The position numbers and the translations under genes were made by a program. Positions 60,638-64,000 of a stretch of 64,000 bases of DNA are shown one piece after another. The notes beneath the pieces were generated by a model, which saw nothing but the letters and a program-made list of their open reading frames with translations, was not told the origin of the DNA and ran no database searches. This DNA comes from Dicyema japonicum (taxonomy: Eukaryota > Animalia > Dicyemida), in assembly GCA_011109175.1 (NCBI GenBank), contig RDEW01000025.1, positions 843,574-907,573 on the forward strand. Direction: 5' to 3'. Each line of letters starts with the position of its first letter. Within the stretch, counting starts at the first letter, position 1.

Positions 60638-63114
60638 ATGTATCGAATATCGACGCTTAGATATTTCTGTAAATTTCCATCTTTAAGAAGTACATTCGAC
60701 AATTCGAACATAGATAGCAAGCGGGTTCCTATTAAAGTGACATTTCAGTCTGCCGGCTGGTTATTTGGGATTGAGGGACTAAGCACGCAAACTGGTGGAT
60801 TTCGCTTCTCATTGAAAAATTGAATTATAAATTAAAAAACCTACAAAATCAACTAAATTCCACAAAAACCAGAAAAATAGAGATTATTGACGAAATGTCC
60901 AATGGAATTTGCCAAGTCGCCGATATGGTGATATCTAAGCTTACAATCAGGCGGAATTCGTTCGCAGTTCTCATCCAGTCAAGGCAGTCCGTCTGGAAGC
61001 CGAGTCAGCCACCCTTAATCTTGCCCACGTGATCGAATGGTGGCTTTTAGCTTACATTTAGCCTAAACACTGACAGGGAGCTTTATTTAGCGCTAAAATG
61101 TGAACTAGAAAATCACGTGGATTATGACGATGTGGATTTCCACGTGGGAAAACTTTTTATTGACGACTTCGAGTCGAGTGCAGTTCATCTGGATGGTACT
61201 AAGGTTAGTTTGTATTTTGAGGTGACAGAAGGAAGAATTTTGGAAGTAAGTCAGCAGTGCCTCCAAGCTACATACGAGTTTTACAGATTGGCGACTCAGG
61301 TTGTACAGGTTTCGGTCCCAGGATATAGAAAATACTTTAAAAATATGTATAACTGGGTTTGTTGATTTTAGATACCCACAAAGTGGATTTTACTATTTGG
61401 TTGACGGGATAAATTTTTCCCCACAAGAACAAGTTCTAATTTGAAATTTAACCTTTAGGCGCGAAAAATTGGCTATAATTTGTTTCATTGTGGTTGCAAA
61501 GAAAAACAAGTTTCTCTACAAAATTTATTACAAATGAGACAAAAACTCGCTAAATTAAGTGGATTTGAAAACTATTTTGAAAGATCTATAAAACCTATGC
61601 TATGTCCTGGGAGTGGTTTGCTCTTTTTTAAATTTAATAGTCAGTCTTAGAGAGTTTATTTGGGGAATCTCTGATGCTATAAAACCACTGTTTTACACGT
61701 TTTTAAGGCTTTTAGAGTTAATTTAGAGATTGATAAAGCCAAATCTTTAAACGGAGATTTTATTCGGGATCCTTTAGCTTCTTGGAACATTCCATACTAC
61801 AGCCATCATTTACGTGCCAATTTTTACAAAAATGAATTGAACGAAATTTCCCGCTATTTTTCCTTAGGAACCTGCATCGTAGGGATATCTATTCTCATGG
61901 AAGACTTGTTTGGTGTTATCATCGAGGAATTTCACACTGAGGAACAGCTGAAGACCTTTGGAGTCCAGAGGTCGTAAAAATGGTTGAAATCTAGTACATA
62001 GTTTAGTCTGTTAAGCGAGAAAACAACATTATCGGCTATATTTACTGTGATTTGTTCTCAAGGGCTGGTAAAAGTTCTCAGGACTGTCACCACACCATTC
62101 AGTGTGCCAAAAAGCTTCAGAATGGCGGAGTACAGGTGGATTGATTTTAATAAACGCTAGATTCCAGTTGCTGTAATTTCAATGAATTGAGCCGAAAAAG
62201 CCTGCTTTTTTGAGCCCACCTATTTTGCGTAATTTGTTTCATGAATTTGGACATGCAATGCACACTATTTTTGGGCGAACCAAATACCAGCACGTGTCTG
62301 GTATGATGGAGGGTATATCATTAGGGACACGGTGTCCAACCGACTTTGCTGAGTTCCCGTCTATATTGATGGAGTATTTTGCTTTTGATTTTAATGTGAT
62401 TTTTTCATATATTTAATTTAATTTTTTATTTTTTCTAAATTTATTATTTTTCTATTTATTTAATTGATAATTTATTTTGTATTATTTTTGTTCTTAATAA
62501 TTTAGTTCTTAAAACGATACGCTAGGGATTTTATAGTGGAGAACCCATAAGCGACAAATTGGCAGAAAGGCTCTCTCTTATCGAGAAAGTCCACTCTCCC
62601 ATAGTATTTCAGTTTATAAACTGGTAGAGAATGCAAGAACAGTTAATTTACTCTCTGCTTGACATGGAGCTACATAGCATGAGTGAACCCTCTGTCGATG
62701 GGACTCGACGTATATTTGAAGATATCGTCGGAAACATGTCTGGACGACCCATTGAACCTAATTTGGCATGATTTGTCGTTTGATGTCTTAGTCTCCATTT
62801 TACGATTTTCCCATTTTTCAAATTATGGCGGGAAATATTATTCGTATTTGTTGTCTGGTGCAATTGCCTCCCGTGTATATTATGAAAAGTTTTTTGATAG
62901 AGCTTTTGAATCGTTTGACTGAGTCTGATTGTAGGATTGAAGGGAGGAGGCTGTATGACGTTGTATTACGCCATGGAGGTTCTCGGCAGCCAGTTTTGAT
63001 GTTGAATGGTAGTAGTTGGTTTTATACTTAGAATATTTTGGGGATGACGAATTCGATATGAGCAAATATTCTGACTTTCTAATCCAAGATATTTCCTTGT
63101 CGTATAGGAAATAG
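60638..63114 (+). CDS. MIPEP: mitochondrial intermediate peptidase (M3 metallopeptidase)
   Basis: Presequence-like N-terminus, [59 protein letters not shown]. Multiple micro-introns and one AT-rich intron at about 62395-62505. Confidence 0.92.
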
Positions 63115-64000
63115 TTGGTGACTTGATTTTTAAATAAATTTAAATTTTGTGATAACAAGTATTTAATCGAAGATTTTAATATTTGTCGAAAAGTACTCAT
63201 ATTGGTAGTGAAAAACTACCATTGCTATATGGAAATCTATAAAATCTCTTATTGGTGAAAAGTTCTCATATTGATAGATATGTAATATTGTTCGGCGAAG
63301 AATAACTGTTGATTGCTATGTAGTAATCTAATTAAAATCTCATATTGGTCAATAGAGTCCAAATTAGTTGACATGTGTAATATTGGCGGTAACCTATATA
63401 AATTACGACTAAATGAACAACAACAAAGTTGATTTTAATCTAGCTGGTTTGAATTGTACGGCTGTTTCCTCTGACAATAGCTATCGAGAAACTTTCTCCA
63501 AGCCATCCACTCTCACGCATATCCTTGGTGACCTTTTGGATCATTAAGCCGTACTAGGTCGTCCGCTTGTGTGCCAAGGATTCTGGAAGTCTCAAGACCA
63601 AAGTGGAAAAACATAATCCTTCGAAATATTTAGGTTCTTCTTTCTCTTCTTATCCAAGACTTAATTAGAAACATCTCCTATTTTTGAGAGAACTTCATAA
63701 GTAGAAAGCTCATAGTCTAGGATGTCACGTGTACGAACACTTGCTTAAACAACCTACCTCAGAGTGCTGCCTGTTCAACCACCTAAAGGCCAAAACATTG
63801 AAGTTTTGATAGTATGCTCACCTCCCCAATGATGAGACGTTGCTTTATCTCCCAGTGTAAACCTCCGAAGCTTTTGAATTTGCATTACGCTTTCAATACT
63901 TATGAGTCATTACTGCGGGTCTCTAGATCTCTAATTTTTTGTTCTAGTTTTTTAAAATGTCAATGTTTTGCTTGATAATTATAACCCTCATCCAAGCACA

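Overview
Eukaryotic, metazoan genomic DNA, roughly 35-38% GC by eye. Genes are compact and split by very short GT-AG introns, mostly 22-27 nt. This architecture matches what is known for dicyemid mesozoans; the taxon call is inference. Host genes recovered after manual splicing: two Tctex1-domain paralogs, a three-dsRBD TRBP/PACT/Loqs-like protein, Rab5, conventional PKC, ZW10, MINPP1, a DENN-domain protein, METTL1, three HtrL/YibB-family paralogs, a possible SIX6OS1-like coiled-coil protein, RPL35, a Shaker/Kv1 channel and MIPEP. Also present are an RPS15A pseudogene, a deleted 18S rDNA pseudogene and many transposon relics (RTE, I-group and REL-type LINEs; hAT; pogo with intact TIRs; a Ginger-like TIR element). 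Many conserved genes carry 1-nt frameshifts, mostly in homopolymers, which most likely reflects long-read assembly error. The most unusual unexplained signal is a strong excess of the palindrome CACGTG (about 56 counted by eye vs about 7 expected), nearly absent from the block holding the youngest transposons. Other notable points are quasi-periodic AT islands, a micro-intron inside the pogo transposase, and the intron-poor HtrL gene cluster. All counts and alignments were done by eye.
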